DNA from: Heterodontus francisci
Lineage: Eukaryota
DNA length: 64,000 nt
Assembly: GCF_036365525.1 (NCBI RefSeq)
Contig: NC_090371.1
Span: 136,644,737 to 136,708,736, forward strand
Direction: 5' to 3'
The position numbers were made by a program, and so were the translations under genes. Each line of letters starts with the position of its first letter. The first letter of the stretch is position 1. This document shows, one piece after another, positions 61,316 through 64,000 of the stretch. A model generated the notes under the pieces. That model was not told where the DNA came from. It did not search any database and saw nothing but the letters and a program-made list of their open reading frames with translations.

Positions 61316-62652
61316 CTTTTGGGCCTCCTTATCTCGAGAGACAATGGATACGCGCCTGGACGTCTTTATAACGGAGACATGGACGGCCGGTGGGTCTGAT
61401 ACCAGTGGCGAGCTCGCTGTACAATGTGTCTTTGGGGATCCTGCCATCTTCCATGCGGCTCACATGGCCAAGCCATCTCAAGCGCCGCTGACTCAGTAGT
61501 GTGTATAAGCTGGGGATGTTGGCCGCTTCAAGGACTTCTGTGTTGGAGATATAGTCCTGCCACCTGATGCCAAGTATTCTCCGAAGGCAGCGAAGATGGA
61601 ATGAATTGAGACGTCGCTCTTGGCTGGCATACGTTGTCCAGGCCTCGCTGCCGTAGAGCAAGGTACTGAGGACACAGGCCTGATACACTCGGACTTTTGT
61701 GTTCCGTGTCAGTGCGCCATTTTCCCACACTCTCTTGGCCAGTCTGAACATAGCAGTGGAAGCCTTACCCATGCGCTTGTTGATTTCTGCATCTAGAGAC
61801 AGGTTACTGGTGATAGTTGAGCCTAGGTAGGTGAACTCTTGAACCACTTCCAGAGCGTGGTCGCCAATATTGATGGATGGAGCATTTCTGACATCCTGCC
61901 CCATGATGTTCGTTTTCTTGAGGCTGATGGTTAGGCCAAATTCATTGCAGGCAGACGCAAACCTGTCGATGAGACTCTGCAGGCATTCTTCAGTGTGAGA
62001 TGTTAAAGCAGCATCGTCAGCAAAGAGGAGTTCTCTGATGAGGACTTTCCGTACTTTGGACTTCGCTCTTAGACGGGCAAGGTTGAACAACCTGCCCCCT
62101 GATCTTGTGTGGAGGAAAATTCCTTCTTCAGAGGATTTGAACGCATGTGAAAGCAGCAGGGAGAAGAAAATCCCAAAAAGTGTGGGTGCGAGAACACAGC
62201 CCTGTTTCACACCACTCAGGATAGGAAAGGGCTCTGATGAGGAGCCACCATGTTGAATTGTGCCTTTCATATTGTCATGGAATGAGGTGATGATACTTAG
62301 TAGCTTTGGTGGACATCCGATCTTTTCTAGTAGTCTGAAGAGACCACGTCTGCTGACGAGGTCAAAGGCTTTGGTGAGATCAATGAAAGCAATGTAGAGG
62401 GGCATCTGTTGTTCACGGCATTTCTCCTGTATCTGACGAAGGGAGAACAGCATGTCAATAGTCGATCTCTCTGCACGAAAGCCACACTGTGCCTCAGGGT
62501 AGACGCGCTCGGCCAGCTTCTGGAGCCTGTTCAGAGCGACTCGAGCAAAGACTTTCCCCACTATGCTGAGCAGGGAGATTCCACGGTAGTTGTTGCAGTC
62601 ACCGCGGTCACCTTTGTTTTTATAGAGGGTGATGATGTTGGCATCGCGCATG
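61316..62652 (-). mobile_element. Young RTE-clade LINE, 5'-truncated, with 11-bp TSD
   Basis: TSD tctctgagttt at 61305-61315 and 62653-62663; CpG-rich; uninterrupted frame. Confidence 0.95.
61329..62652 (-). pseudogene. RTE reverse transcriptase open frame (no endonuclease domain, C-terminus deleted)
   Basis: NYRGISLLS, QCGFR, FIDLTKAFD, GVKQGCVLAP, LFADD, FTYLGS, LLYGSEAW, RLRWLGHV. Confidence 0.92.
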
Positions 62653-63063
62653 TCTCTGAGTTTACAAGTCTTCAAATAGGGATCACAAGTGGACTTTACT
62701 TCCTTGTATGCATTCTAAACTAGTGTCTCGTTCTTAAAACTGGCACTATTCGCCAAGCGCCAGAGTCTCAAGGCACAACAGCTTAGACATGCGTATGCTA
62801 ATATTCTAACATAAATGTTAGCAGCAACGTTTTCAACTTCACCACACTTTATATATAATCAGTGCAACTGTGGTAACCTCCTGCTCCTGATACCATAGCA
62901 ACACACACCATGCAGCAACTGCCAAGTGTCCAAGCTACAGCAATGAAGCTGTGTATTATAGTGCATGAAGCAGTCTTCTGTGACTACAAGCCTCCTTACA
63001 AATAGTACTATTTGTATACTGATTTCCATGGCTAGCTATTTTCATTCGACGACTTACACAAAT

Positions 63064-63910
63064 TGGGCTGAATTTTCAGGCCCCGCCGGGGCGGAAACAG
63101 AGGTGGGTGGGGCCTGAAAATACCAGAGTCAGCTAGCATGTTGGTTTAGAGATGCTGTACCCGGTGCTGGCATTGATCACCAGGGTAGGGAGATGCAGGA
63201 AATTCACCTCCCGATTAAGACCAATTAAAGTTATTAAAGAGCTCAATATGAGCTCGCTAAAGGGGGAGGTTGAAATTTTCAGAGGGGCGAACAGATTACA
63301 CACACTGTCTGTTGTTGACCAGCTGAAGGGAGCCAGATACAGAGTGAGGAACCAATCATGGCTGCCCTAAGGAATTAGCGTCTCATGCATCCTATAGATG
63401 TCAGTGTGCAGTTCCTGCATGCATTGTGAGTTGTGCCACATATGGCTCTCCAAGAGGCTGGACGCTGTCTCAATAGAGGGGGTCATGCGTTCATACCCCT
63501 GAGCCATGGTGGTGCACATGAGCTGGATGGACTCCTCTATCCTCTGCCCAAGACCCTACACTGCCTCATGGAACTCCGACAAGTGGCAGTACATCTCTGG
63601 CTGCTGTTCAAGGTAGGGCCTTCTTTCACAGTGACTCCTGAGGCCCTGCATCTGTGCCCAGTTGAGCAGGACTGTGCCTGTCCTCCCTCCTCCGAGGGGA
63701 ACTGACCACAGCTGCCTGTAGTGACATTTTCATTACCCTGTGCCACCCTATCTACCCGCGTGCGAGGGCCCACCAAGGTTAGTGTATCTGTACTTGTGAA
63801 CAATGTGCCCATGAGGCATGATGGTGCTTCTTCTTCTCCTCTGGGCCCACGGAGGGAGAGGGAGAGGGTGCCATGGGTTGGATATCTGCGCCTATGGGAG
63901 ACACAAGAAG
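63064..63910. mobile_element. Probable Harbinger-type element fragment
   Basis: Terminus gggctgaattttcaggcccc with internal inverted ggggcctgaaaat; GC-rich interior. Confidence 0.45.
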
Positions 63911-64000
63911 AGATGATGAGAGCTAGGCTAGACATGACAAGCTGAATGGCCTCCTTCTGTGCCATAACCATTCTATGATTCTAGGAGAGTAGAAGCCGCT

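Noticed and set aside
60575-62902. Two RFX X-box-like motifs (60575-60589 and 62889-62902)
   Set aside because: Imperfect short matches expected by chance; no supporting promoter context.

Overview
Repeat-dense eukaryotic DNA, very likely from a cartilaginous fish (shark or ray): it carries HE1-type V-SINEs, HER1-like CR1 LINEs and Deu-domain SINEs. No host protein-coding gene can be confidently identified; nearly every recognisable ORF is a transposon remnant (CR1, L2, RTE, Tx1, Penelope-like, Harbinger, hAT-like MITEs, Copia). Main observations: (1) a near-complete, decayed Ty1/Copia provirus of apparent GalEa type on the minus strand (38963-46916), with both LTRs, an 18-nt primer-binding site matching vertebrate initiator tRNA-Met, a PPT and four nested insertions; (2) minimal hammerhead-ribozyme cores in Penelope-like termini; (3) local inverted duplications, including a perfect 73-bp one; (4) a very young RTE LINE with an 11-bp TSD and an open RT frame; (5) a four-level transposon nest; (6) a few candidate + strand exons in TE-poor islands. 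Boundaries of old repeats are approximate and all identities were estimated by eye.
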